Origin: Elusimicrobiota bacterium
Lineage (GTDB): Bacteria; Elusimicrobiota; Endomicrobiia; CG1-02-37-114; JAHJSO01
Reading direction: 5' to 3'
DNA: 25,502 bases
Assembly: GCA_043826435.1 (NCBI GenBank)
Contig: JBDRQF010000034.1
Span: 1-25,502, forward strand
Shown: one piece after another, positions 5,826-14,293 of the stretch
How positions within the stretch are numbered: the stretch's first letter is position 1
Layout of the letters: the number at the start of each line of letters is the position of its first letter
Program-made: the position numbers and the translations under genes
Notes under the pieces: generated by a model
Database searches by the model: none
What the model saw: the letters and a program-made list of their open reading frames with translations, nothing else
Told to the model about the DNA's origin: nothing

Positions 5826-8621
5826 ATGATAGATTATTCAAAGACAGTGAACCTGCCCAGGACAAAATTTCCGATGAAAGCGAACCTCCCCGTTAAAGAA
5901 CCGGAGATTATATCCCGCTGGGAGAAGATTGATATATACCGCAGGTTGATTGAAAAAGGCGCGGCCGCACGGCAGTTTGTTTTACACGACGGCCCGCCCT
6001 ATGCCAACGGGCATATCCACATCGGCCACGCACTCAACAAGATACTGAAAGACATAATAGTAAAATATAAGACAATGAGGGGAGAGCATTCGCCATACGT
6101 CCCCGGGTGGGACTGTCACGGGCTGCCGATAGAGTACCAGTTGTTTAAGGACCTCGGGGTTGATAAGAGACAGATAGACCGCATTGAGTTCCGCAAAAAG
6201 GCGAGGGAGTTTGCAAAAAAATTCGTTGACATCCAGAGGGGCGAATTCATCCGGTTAGGAGTGTTTGGCGACTGGGAGAACCCTTACCTGACGATGTCCC
6301 CGCAGTACGAGTCCGCGATAATAGGCGTATTCGGGCGGCTCGTTCAGGGCGGTTTCATTTACCGCGCAAAAAAACCGATATACTGGTGCCCGCACTGCGA
6401 GACCGCTCTTGCAGAAGCGGAGGTGGAATATGCCGACAGCATTTCGCCGTCGGTTTATGTGAAGTTTGAGGCGGTGTCTTTTCTAAACCAGCCCGCCTTT
6501 GCGGTTATCTGGACGACGACGCCATGGACACTTCCCGCAAACGTCGCGCTGGCGTTTCACCCGGACGAGGAATATGTGGTTGTCCAAGGCGCTCGGGGCG
6601 AAAATCTGATACTTGCCAAAAAACTCCTGCAGAAATTCAGTTCAGTCACCGGGACCGAAACGTTTAAGTTGCTCGGGACTTACACCGGGAAACAATTTGA
6701 GGGGGTGCAGTTCAGACACCCGTTTTCCCAGCGGGTTTCCACCGGTGTTCTTGCCGATTTTGTAAGTATGGAGGAAGGCACGGGTATCGTCCACATAGCG
6801 CCCGGCCATGGGGTGGAGGACTACCGGGTCGGGTTGAAGTACAAACTGCCGGTGCTGTCTCCGGTTGATTATAGAGGGGTTTTTACCGACGACGTCCCTG
6901 CCTTTAAGGGGCACAGGGTTTTTGCAGCCAATCCTTTAATCACCGAATCGCTCCGGGATAAAGGGCTTCTGGTGGCCGAGGGAAAACTGACGCACTCATA
7001 TCCACACTGCTGGAGGTGCAAACACGCAATAATATTTCGTGCCACCGACCAGTGGTTTCTGAACATTGAACATGAAAACCTCAGGCAGAGAATGCTGGAC
7101 GCAATAAAAAAAGTCCGGTGGCTGCCGGCAGGGGGCATAAACAGGATTTCGGGGATGATTGAAAACAGGCCTGACTGGTGCCTCTCCCGTCAGAGGTACT
7201 GGGGGGTGCCTATACCTGCGCTGTATTGTGCTAAATGTGAAAGGACGTTATTGAGTCCGAAGGTTATAGAAAAATTTGAGCGGATAGCGGCCGAAGAAGG
7301 GTCCGACGCATGGTTCACCCGACCGGTTGAGGAGTGGACGCAGGGAATTTCGCCTGCCCTGCGGTGCGAATGCGGCGGCAGCGAGTTTAAAAAGGAAGAG
7401 GACATACTGGACGTGTGGTTTGACTCCGGCGTTTCATACGAGGCGGTGCTTGGCGGCCCCGGTCTTTTCGGTGGGGCGGGCAGGGGCTCGGGCCCTGTTG
7501 CAGATATGTATCTGGAGGGCTCGGACCAGCACAGGGGATGGTTCCAGACGTCGCTAATCCCGTCGGTAGCCCTGTACAACCAGTCGCCGTACAGGACTGT
7601 CCTTACGCACGGGTTCACCGTTGACGGCGATGGTAAAAAAATGTCAAAGTCACTCGGTAACGTTATCGCCCCGCAGGAGATTATAAATAAATTCGGTTCC
7701 GAAATTCTCCGGCTGTGGGTTGCATCAAGCGATTACAGGGAAGACGTGAGGATTTCAAAAGAGATAATTGAGCGGCTCGTTGAGACCTACAGAAAGATAC
7801 GCAATACGCTGAGGTTTATCCTCGGTAATATATCGGATTTCAACTACCGGCAACACTGTGTTGACGGAAAAAATATGCCTGAGATAGACAGGTATATGAT
7901 GCACCGTCTCCAGGGGCTAAAGAAAGACGTCCTGAAACATTACGACGAGTACGAGTTCCACATGGTCATATCCGAAATAAACAGGTTCTGCGTAACCGAT
8001 TTGTCTAATTTTTACCTGGACATCCTGAAGGACCGTCTCTACACTTTCGCAGCGGATTCGGCCGGACGCAGGAGCGCCCAGACGGTGATGCGCAACATTT
8101 TTTCCACCCTTGTGCATCTTATGGCCCCGGTTTTGTCCTTTACTGCCGAAGAGGCATGGCAGACGATGCTGACGGAAACAAGCCAGGGGGGGCCGGACGA
8201 CAGCGTTTTCCTTGGAGACATGCCTGAAATCAATGAAGGGTTTGTATCGCCCGGGCTGGAGGAGACATGGGGGCGACTTATTACGCTCAGAGACAGGGTG
8301 AACCTTAAACTTGAAGAAGCAAGGAAGTCAAACGTCATCGGCGCTTCCCTTGAGGCGAAGGTCGTATTGCATCCGTCCGGCGGTGATGCCGGCGAATTCC
8401 TGAAAAGATACGTCGCTGATTTACCGTCAATCTTTATTGTTTCACAGGTTGAAATAACGGATGGAGGGGACGTGGGCTCAAAGCCGGCGCCGGATGAAGT
8501 TGATGCGGAAGTCGTCGTCAGGAAGGCGGACGGGAAAAAATGCCCGAGGTGCTGGAACTGGTCGGTTGGACCCCAGACGGAAGGGCTGTGTCCGAGGTGT
8601 AAAGATGCCATCAAGAGTTAA
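5826..8621 (+). CDS. ileS: Isoleucine--tRNA ligase (type 1)
   Basis: HDGPPYANGHIHIGH, PGWDCHGLP, WTTTPWT, LEGSDQHRGWF, KMSKS, C-terminal CPRCW...CPRC zinc finger. Confidence 0.98.
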   Translation: MIDYSKTVNLPRTKFPMKANLPVKEPEIISRWEKIDIYRRLIEKGAAARQFVLHDGPPYANGHIHIGHALNKILKDIIVKYKTMRGEHSPYVPGWDCHGLPIEYQLFKDLGVDKRQIDRIEFRKKAREFAKKFVDIQRGEFIRLGVFGDWENPYLTMSPQYESAIIGVFGRLVQGGFIYRAKKPIYWCPHCETALAEAEVEYADSISPSVYVKFEAVSFLNQPAFAVIWTTTPWTLPANVALAFHPDEEYVVVQGARGENLILAKKLLQKFSSVTGTETFKLLGTYTGKQFEGVQFRHPFSQRVSTGVLADFVSMEEGTGIVHIAPGHGVEDYRVGLKYKLPVLSPVDYRGVFTDDVPAFKGHRVFAANPLITESLRDKGLLVAEGKLTHSYPHCWRCKHAIIFRATDQWFLNIEHENLRQRMLDAIKKVRWLPAGGINRISGMIENRPDWCLSRQRYWGVPIPALYCAKCERTLLSPKVIEKFERIAAEEGSDAWFTRPVEEWTQGISPALRCECGGSEFKKEEDILDVWFDSGVSYEAVLGGPGLFGGAGRGSGPVADMYLEGSDQHRGWFQTSLIPSVALYNQSPYRTVLTHGFTVDGDGKKMSKSLGNVIAPQEIINKFGSEILRLWVASSDYREDVRISKEIIERLVETYRKIRNTLRFILGNISDFNYRQHCVDGKNMPEIDRYMMHRLQGLKKDVLKHYDEYEFHMVISEINRFCVTDLSNFYLDILKDRLYTFAADSAGRRSAQTVMRNIFSTLVHLMAPVLSFTAEEAWQTMLTETSQGGPDDSVFLGDMPEINEGFVSPGLEETWGRLITLRDRVNLKLEEARKSNVIGASLEAKVVLHPSGGDAGEFLKRYVADLPSIFIVSQVEITDGGDVGSKPAPDEVDAEVVVRKADGKKCPRCWNWSVGPQTEGLCPRCKDAIKS

Positions 8622-9102
8622 CTTTGTTGCAAAACTTCTGTTTCCGGGCGTAATTATTGTTGACCAGGTAACCAAGTTTTTAATCAGGAGAAATTTCATC
8701 CTGCATGAATCAATGCCGTTCGTTCCATTTTTATCCATCACTTACGTTGAGAATACGGGTATCGCCTTCGGATTTTTCCAGGGCGAAAGACATTCCAATC
8801 TGTTTTTTATAGTTGTTTCCCTCGGCGTCCTTGCAGTGTTGTTCATCTCCCGTAATCAGATAATTCAGCAGGCGGGGCTGTACGGCAGGGTCGCCATGAG
8901 TTTGATTTTTGGCGGCGCAGTCGGCAACCTTATTGACAGGATATTTGTCGGGAAAGTAATTGACTTTATTGACGTCCATTTCTGGCCCGTGTTCAATGTG
9001 GCGGATTCCTGTATAACCGTAGGCGGAATAATTTTATTTTTGTTTTTTGCGGGCATACTGAAGCCAGACACCTGCCACGGAACGAAGCGGGGAGAGCGGT
9101 AA
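8605..9102 (+). CDS. lspA: Lipoprotein signal peptidase (SPase II)
   Basis: DQVTK, NTGIAFG, GNLIDR, VIDFI, FNVADS. Start re-set to ATG 8605 behind GAGGTG, overlapping the ileS end; classic ileS-lspA linkage. Confidence 0.93.
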   Translation: MPSRVNFVAKLLFPGVIIVDQVTKFLIRRNFILHESMPFVPFLSITYVENTGIAFGFFQGERHSNLFFIVVSLGVLAVLFISRNQIIQQAGLYGRVAMSLIFGGAVGNLIDRIFVGKVIDFIDVHFWPVFNVADSCITVGGIILFLFFAGILKPDTCHGTKRGER

Positions 9103-9106
9103 TAAA

Positions 9107-9991
9107 ATGTTTCCTGATTTATTGAATTTCGGCGGGATTGTGATAAAAACATACGGCCTGTTTGTCGCCGTCGGTTTCCTGGTAGCGATGAGTTACCTCA
9201 GGGGGCAGGCCGCGGAGAGGGGTGTCTCACCGGTATTTATTACAAACCTGTGTTTTTACGTGCTCATCAGCGGGCTGATAGGCAGCCGCCTGTTTTACGT
9301 TGTACTAAACTGGGAGTTTTACAGGAATAACCCTGCCGACGTTTTTTTTATATGGTCAGGCGGGCTTGTCCTTTACGGAGGCGTAATATTTGCGGCCGCC
9401 GTAGGGGTTTTTTACATTATTAAAAATAAACTCCCGCTCCCGGGTATTCTGGACATAGCCGCCCCTGCTTTGTTCCTTGGAGTCGCAATAGGCAGGGTGG
9501 GATGCCTGTCCGCCGGTTGCTGTTACGGGATGAGGACTCACGGGGCGTGGGGGGTTGTTTTCAGTCACCCGATGGCGCTTGCCCCGCTTGGAATAAAACT
9601 TCATCCGACGCAATTATACGAATCCCTGTTTTGTTTTATTCTTTTTCTGGCGGGGCATTATTTTAACAAATGGCGCAATATGAAGCGCCCGCCCGGGAAT
9701 ATCTTTCGCAGGATTTTTCAAATAAGCGGCGACGATGGATCGCGTGTTGGGAACGGTGTGTCCACCGGAGATGGTGCGCCCGCCGGCCTTACGTTTTTTA
9801 CTTCACTTATACTTTACAGTGTCTGGAGATTTTTTATAGAGTTTGTAAGATGGGACGACAGGGGGACGAAGATACTTGCAATGTACCCGTCGCAGTTCAT
9901 AGCGATTGTGATTATAGCGTTTTCAGCGGGCTTTATTTTATATATGTCATTGCGAGGGACGAAGTCCCGAAGCAATCCCCTTGTCTTATGA
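9107..9991 (+). CDS. lgt: Prolipoprotein diacylglyceryl transferase
   Basis: GSRLFYV, GGLVLYGG, IGRVGC...GCCYG, HPTQLYE, RFFIEFVR. The last 15 codons derive from repeat copy 2. Confidence 0.94.
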   Translation: MFPDLLNFGGIVIKTYGLFVAVGFLVAMSYLRGQAAERGVSPVFITNLCFYVLISGLIGSRLFYVVLNWEFYRNNPADVFFIWSGGLVLYGGVIFAAAVGVFYIIKNKLPLPGILDIAAPALFLGVAIGRVGCLSAGCCYGMRTHGAWGVVFSHPMALAPLGIKLHPTQLYESLFCFILFLAGHYFNKWRNMKRPPGNIFRRIFQISGDDGSRVGNGVSTGDGAPAGLTFFTSLILYSVWRFFIEFVRWDDRGTKILAMYPSQFIAIVIIAFSAGFILYMSLRGTKSRSNPLVL

Positions 9992-10024
9992 GATTGCTTC
10001 GTCGCTAACGCTTCTCGCAATGAC
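9945..10024. repeat. Palindromic REP-like repeat, copy 2 (overlaps lgt stop)
   Basis: TGTCATTGCGAGGGACGAAGTCCCGAAGCAATC-CCCTTGTCTTATGA-GATTGCTTCGTCGCTAACGCTTCTCGCAATGAC. Confidence 0.92.
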
Positions 10025-10043
10025 GGCCAAAACATAAATTACA

Positions 10044-10988
10044 ATGAACGGACATCACACAGTAGAACAAGAACATTTAAACAAAAGGGTGGACGTGTAC
10101 CTGGCGGAGAAATACCCCGAATGCTCAAGAGGTTTTTTCCAGAGGCAGATAAAAACGGGCAACGTTCTGGTTAACGATAAAAGGATAGACCCTGCTTTCA
10201 GGTTGACAACGGGAGCGGTGGTCACTATTACGCTGCCGGAAAAATTACCTGATGCTCCCATATATCCCGGCCGCCGGTTGGACCCGGGCCTGCTGGATGT
10301 AATATATGAGGACGACTGTATTATCATTATAAACAAGCCCGCAGGGATGAGCGTTCACCCGCCGGGTTATGCAAGCGGCATGGGGACGGGAATTGTTCCG
10401 GATGAAGGGTACCGGCGTCCTGGCATGCCGACGCTGGTTGAAATACTGGGGCAGGGATATTACCTTGTCCACCGGCTTGACAAGGACACTTCGGGCGTAA
10501 TTATAGCGGCCAAAACGCCGCAGGCGCAATTTGCCCTTTCAAAACAATTTAAAAACAGGGAAGTAAGGAAAACATATTTAGGCATTGTGTGCGGCCGTAT
10601 TGAAGAAAAGAAAGGGATAATAAAATCCCATCTCAGCAGAAGCCCTGTTGGTGGCCGTAAGATAAAGGTGGGCTTCGGGAGGGAATCAATAACAGAGTTT
10701 GAGGTTTTGAAGAGAATGGACGCCTTGACGCTCGTTAAGATCCATCCCGTGACAGGCAGAACCCACCAGATAAGGGTCCATTTCGCTTCAATAAAACATC
10801 CGATAGCAGGAGATAAACTCTATGGGCAGGGAGCGCAGGGCGAGGGCAGACATCTCCTGCATGCGTGGAAAATTCAGTTTGTGCATCCGGGTTCCAGGAG
10901 GATACGAGAATGGACTGCCGTTCTGCCTCCCGACTTTCTGGCTGTGTGTTCGCTCGCGGGTTACCCGTTGTCATTGCGAACGGAGTGA
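10044..10988 (+). CDS. RluA-family pseudouridine synthase with S4 domain (RluD-like)
   Basis: S4-like N-terminus (RVDVYLA...), INKPAG, HRLDKDTSG, TGRTHQIRVH, GDKLYG, LHA. Confidence 0.92.
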   Translation: MNGHHTVEQEHLNKRVDVYLAEKYPECSRGFFQRQIKTGNVLVNDKRIDPAFRLTTGAVVTITLPEKLPDAPIYPGRRLDPGLLDVIYEDDCIIIINKPAGMSVHPPGYASGMGTGIVPDEGYRRPGMPTLVEILGQGYYLVHRLDKDTSGVIIAAKTPQAQFALSKQFKNREVRKTYLGIVCGRIEEKKGIIKSHLSRSPVGGRKIKVGFGRESITEFEVLKRMDALTLVKIHPVTGRTHQIRVHFASIKHPIAGDKLYGQGAQGEGRHLLHAWKIQFVHPGSRRIREWTAVLPPDFLAVCSLAGYPLSLRTE

Positions 10989-11027
10989 AGCAATCTCATT
11001 GGCCGTGTGTTCGCGCGCGGGTTACCC
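10939..11027. repeat. 28-bp direct repeat pair flanking a half copy (copy 3, 10969-10998) of the palindromic repeat
   Basis: TGGCTGTGTGTTCGCTCGCGGGTTACCC (10939-10966) and TGGCCGTGTGTTCGCGCGCGGGTTACCC (11000-11027), 2 mismatches. Between them lies TGTCATTGCGAACGGAGTGAAGCAATCTCA. Confidence 0.85.
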
Positions 11028-11076
11028 CGATGTTTAACATAGGGGTGTGCGAGTAATATATGGAGGTTGCATTAAA

Positions 11077-11676
11077 ATGCAAAGACTTATAGTTTTATTG
11101 ATTTCAACGTTTTATCTGACGGCAGGACTGAACGCTGCACTGAACGCTACGGAGAAAAAACCCACTCCGGCCGGCCAGGATCTGTACGACAAAAGAATAA
11201 AGCATCTTGAAACCGTGATTGAGGACATTAAGAAGGAAATGGAGAAGAACGTTTCAGAAAGTGAACAGTCAGGCCGCCGGGTTAAGGAGATGAACTCTGC
11301 AGTCCTGGAACTCAACAGAAAAATAGAAGGAATAGACGGAGGTCTGGAAAAACTCAGAAACGACATAAAGAAGGAAAAGATAGACGAACAAATTTACTTC
11401 AGGAGGACATATACCGCGGACATGTCTTCCCCGGCCATCATACAGGAAATTGCCGACCGGCTGAATATGATGGACGCCGACGTCCTGCTTCTTAAAAAAC
11501 AGGTATCAAGGGTTGAAGAGAAGGCAGGTATTGAAAAAATGCGGTTAGCCGGCGAGACCGCCGAAGAGACAAACGGGGAAGACGACGGGATAAAAAAGAT
11601 AATTTCGTCGCCGTGGGCTGTTGCCACCACCCTGTTCCTGTCGCTGCTTGCAGTCATAATGGTGCTTACAAAATAG
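11077..11676 (+). CDS. Hypothetical exported coiled-coil protein with C-terminal membrane anchor
   Basis: GGAGG SD before ATG 11077; signal-peptide-like MQRLIVLLISTFYLTAGLNA; heptad-rich E/K middle; hydrophobic C-terminus. No family recognised. Confidence 0.75.
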   Translation: MQRLIVLLISTFYLTAGLNAALNATEKKPTPAGQDLYDKRIKHLETVIEDIKKEMEKNVSESEQSGRRVKEMNSAVLELNRKIEGIDGGLEKLRNDIKKEKIDEQIYFRRTYTADMSSPAIIQEIADRLNMMDADVLLLKKQVSRVEEKAGIEKMRLAGETAEETNGEDDGIKKIISSPWAVATTLFLSLLAVIMVLTK

Positions 11677-11859
11677 CGGGTGTATCGTGGCGGCGCCGCG
11701 GTGCGATTTCCCCGGCCGCCGGCCGGCTGAAAACAGATAGGATATTGCTTCTACCCTAACTTAATGTGACCAAACTGAACTTTGTCTGTCTATATTTATT
11801 AGGGCATTTCGTTATATTTTTCTGCCAATAAGTAATATGCGCGATAGTTGCAAAAATAA

Positions 11860-11918
11860 TATTTGCATTACAAACGCAAATAATGTCATAATATATGCGT
11901 TGTTAACGCATATATTAT
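11860..11918 (+). promoter_or_regulatory. Twin palindromic operator-like boxes overlapping a putative promoter
   Basis: TATTTGCATT-ACA-AACGCAAATA (11860-11882) and perfect ATAATATATGCGTT-GTT-AACGCATATATTAT (11888-11918). Putative -35 TTGCAT at 11863 and -10 CATAAT at 11887. Confidence 0.6.
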
Positions 11919-11931
11919 ATAGAGGGGTTTT

Positions 11932-12995
11932 GTGGACAAGAATTTTTTAAAAGAAATCATTGAGGACCAAAGAGAAGAAGTATCATTATTACTGACTCGG
12001 GATAAATTTATTAAAAGAGAAGATTCTGGACAATGTGAAGCATATCTCAAAGGACCTAATATCCTCTTAATAAGCGGTTTACGAAGAGCAGGAAAATCGT
12101 CATTTGCAATGTCATTAACGCAAAGAAATAAATCGGCCCTCCTTAATTTTGACGATGAACGACTTATCTCATTATCTACCGATGACCTCAATACAGTTCT
12201 GCAAGTATTTTTAGAATTGTATCCTGGTTTTGAATTCATGATTTTTGATGAAATACAAAACGTCAAGGGATGGGAACTGTTTCTGAATAGGATGAGAAGA
12301 AATAAGTACAAGATAATAGTGACCGGCTCTAATGCAAATCTACTAAGCAGAGAGATGGCGACCCACCTGACAGGTAGATATAATGATCACGTTCTGTTTC
12401 CGATGAGTTTCAGAGAATTCCTTTATCGCTACTTCTGTTAAATCAATTTTCTTCAAAAATATCACTCAACAGAATGGCTTTACATCTTGGACTCAAGAGT
12501 TCCCACACAGCCGCGGAATATGTTTCTTATCTGGAAAGTTCTTTTCTCATATTTATGCTAAATAAATTTTCATATAAATTAAAAGAACAATTTACCGCAT
12601 TCAAAAAATGTTATGTGATAGATAATGGATTTATCAATGCTTTGTCTTTCAATTTCAGTGAAAACAGGGGAAGATATCTTGAAAATCTTGTTGCCATTGA
12701 ATTGAAGCGCAGAAGTATTAGAAACGATTTTGAAATATACTACTGGGATAATTATCATGTGGAGTGTGATTTTATAATAAAGAAAGGGAAGCATGTTATT
12801 TCTCTATACCAGGTATGTTCTGAATTGAATATGAATAACAGGAAAAGAGAGATTAACGGATTGACCTGTGCGATGAAAGAATTCGGTTTAAAAAACGGCA
12901 CAATTCTTACGGAGTCAACTGAAGATGAGATATCGGCAAATGGCTATAAAATACAAGTAATACCGGTGTGGAAATGGCTTATATCTATTGACTAA
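11932..12995 (+). pseudogene. AAA_14 ATPase / DUF4143 protein, split by an internal deletion with frameshift
   Basis: 5' part: Walker A GLRRAGKS, Walker B IFDEIQ, VTGSNA, LTGR, PMSFREFL. 3' part in another frame: KKCYVIDNG, LENLVAIEL, ECDFI, IPVWKWL. The family's central GGFP region is absent. Confidence 0.8.
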
Positions 12996-13094
12996 ATGTC
13001 TGATGAAAAAAAGTTTTTAGAAGAAGAGTTGCTACCGCTTTCTACTTTACAGCATTTTGTATTCTGCCAAAGACAGTGTGCGCTGATTCATGTC
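12996..13094 (+). pseudogene. cas4: cas4 N-terminal fragment (33 codons)
   Basis: MSDEKKFLEEELLPLSTLQHFVFCQRQCALIHV matches the type I-C Cas4 start (LPLSALQHF.FCPRQCALIH.E). Homology ends exactly at a CRISPR repeat. Confidence 0.85.
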
Positions 13095-13123
13095 GCACCC
13101 TGCACGGGTGCGTGGATTGAAAC
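13092..13123 (+). CRISPR. Single (orphan) type I-C CRISPR repeat
   Basis: GTCGCACCCTGCACGGGTGCGTGGATTGAAAC, 32 nt, hairpin CGCACCC/GGGTGCG, ATTGAAAC end. No second copy in the window. Confidence 0.88.
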
Positions 13124-13190
13124 TAGCATATTTTTGGTAAGTTTTAAATCGCAATTTTCGTGCAACCCGGGAAATATTTTACCCCCTCAC

Positions 13191-13219
13191 TTGACAAACT
13201 TTTAATAATTTGATTTAAT
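13191..13219 (+). promoter_or_regulatory. Sigma70-type promoter of the hydrogenase operon
   Basis: TTGACA (13191-13196), 17 nt, TTTAAT (13214-13219), preceded by TGn. Confidence 0.72.
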
Positions 13220-13224
13220 ATGTA

Positions 13225-13244
13225 TCTGTGAAAAATTTCACAGA
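13225..13244. promoter_or_regulatory. Rex operator-like palindrome
   Basis: TCTGTGAAA-AA-TTTCACAGA, perfect 9-bp arms. Matches the Rex consensus TTGTGAA-N4-TTCACAA except at the outermost pair and lies over the predicted +1. Confidence 0.8.
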
Positions 13245-13294
13245 GTTTTAAGTAAGGGTAGGCGACCAGGTTCATTTAATCATTTAATCGTTCA

Positions 13295-14293
13295 ATGCGA
13301 AAATTTATCTACAAAAAAGACCTGCGCAATTTCATGGACGCCCTGTCGGTTGACAACGACATTTTTTACCTGACGAGCGGACAGTCGTATAAAAAATACG
13401 GCAGGGACGATACAGCCGAGGAACTGGATATTGACGTTGTCCGCGCAATTACGCCGCTGAAATCATTTTATTTTATCCAATCCGAAAAAACGGACATACC
13501 TCTCTCCCCGCCTAAAAAGAGAAACATAATTTTTGGCGTTAAGTCCTGCGACCTCAGGGCAAAATTCGTTCTGGATAAGATGTTCATGGAGGGCGTCTGC
13601 GCCGACCCGCTTTATGAATATCATCTTAAGAACACCCTGATTTTTTCAAGCGACTGCCCGAAACCGCAGTCAAGTTGTTTCTGTTCATTCGTAGAAGGCA
13701 AGCCGTACGTTGAGCCGGGGAAACAGGCGTATGATTTAAATTTTTCACCCGCTGCAGGCGGCTACATAGTTGAAGCAGGCAGCCCCGAGGGGGAGAAAAT
13801 CCTTGCCCAGTTGGAGGCATTTTTTGATGATGTCCCCGGAGAGATGCTCACTAAAAGGGACGAAGCGCGCCAGGAGTCGATAAGAATGCTTGACGAAATA
13901 AACAGGGACTTTGCTGTGCTGAAAAACGCAGATTTGAAAAAAAGGGCGAAAGAAAATTATTTGTCCGGCTGGTGGAAAGAAGCGTCAAAAACGTGCGTCC
14001 AGTGCACCGGGTGCAACAACATATGCCCGAGTTGTTATTGTTTTTATTTGAGGCCCGGAGATGAATTTCAGAGCATAAAAACATGGGATGCATGCCACTA
14101 CACGAGTTACGGCCGCATGGCCGGCGGCTCCAACCCGAGGCACAAACTGTTTGAGAGGTTCCGGAACAGGTACCAGTGCAAATTCAATTTCAGAAGGGAG
14201 AATTTTGGCGTGTACGCCTGCACCGGCTGCGGAAGGTGCTTTGAGGTGTGTCCCGGGAAGATTGATATAAGGAAAGTGATGGCAGGGCTATGA
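13295..14293 (+). CDS. AsrA/HydB(sulfhydrogenase beta)/FlxB-like 4Fe-4S protein
   Basis: FGVKSCD, CFCS, CVQCTGCNNICPSCYCF, WDAC, RFRNRYQCKF, CTGCGRCFEVCP. Confidence 0.88.
   Translation: MRKFIYKKDLRNFMDALSVDNDIFYLTSGQSYKKYGRDDTAEELDIDVVRAITPLKSFYFIQSEKTDIPLSPPKKRNIIFGVKSCDLRAKFVLDKMFMEGVCADPLYEYHLKNTLIFSSDCPKPQSSCFCSFVEGKPYVEPGKQAYDLNFSPAAGGYIVEAGSPEGEKILAQLEAFFDDVPGEMLTKRDEARQESIRMLDEINRDFAVLKNADLKKRAKENYLSGWWKEASKTCVQCTGCNNICPSCYCFYLRPGDEFQSIKTWDACHYTSYGRMAGGSNPRHKLFERFRNRYQCKFNFRRENFGVYACTGCGRCFEVCPGKIDIRKVMAGL

Noticed and set aside
8461..8604. Long N-terminal extension of LspA in the ORF track
   Set aside because: Overlaps the ileS zinc-finger codons; a better start with an SD exists at 8605.
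11677..11735. GC-rich hairpins after the coiled-coil gene as an intrinsic terminator
   Set aside because: CCGGCCG/CGGCCGG-type pairing is present but there is no following U-tract on the + strand.
11753..11805. attC-like imperfect hairpin CCCTAAC...ATTAGGG
   Set aside because: Does not satisfy RYYYAAC/GTTRRRY, is single-copy, and there is no integrase or cassette array.
13124..13180. Possible 33-nt spacer followed by a degenerate second repeat (TTCGTGCAACCCGGG)
   Set aside because: Similarity to the repeat is too weak and there is no convincing protospacer in the window, so it is not called as an array.
13095..13205. ORF 12996..13205 as an intact 69-aa gene
   Set aside because: After codon 33 it is read-through of the CRISPR repeat (APCTGAWIET) and promoter DNA.
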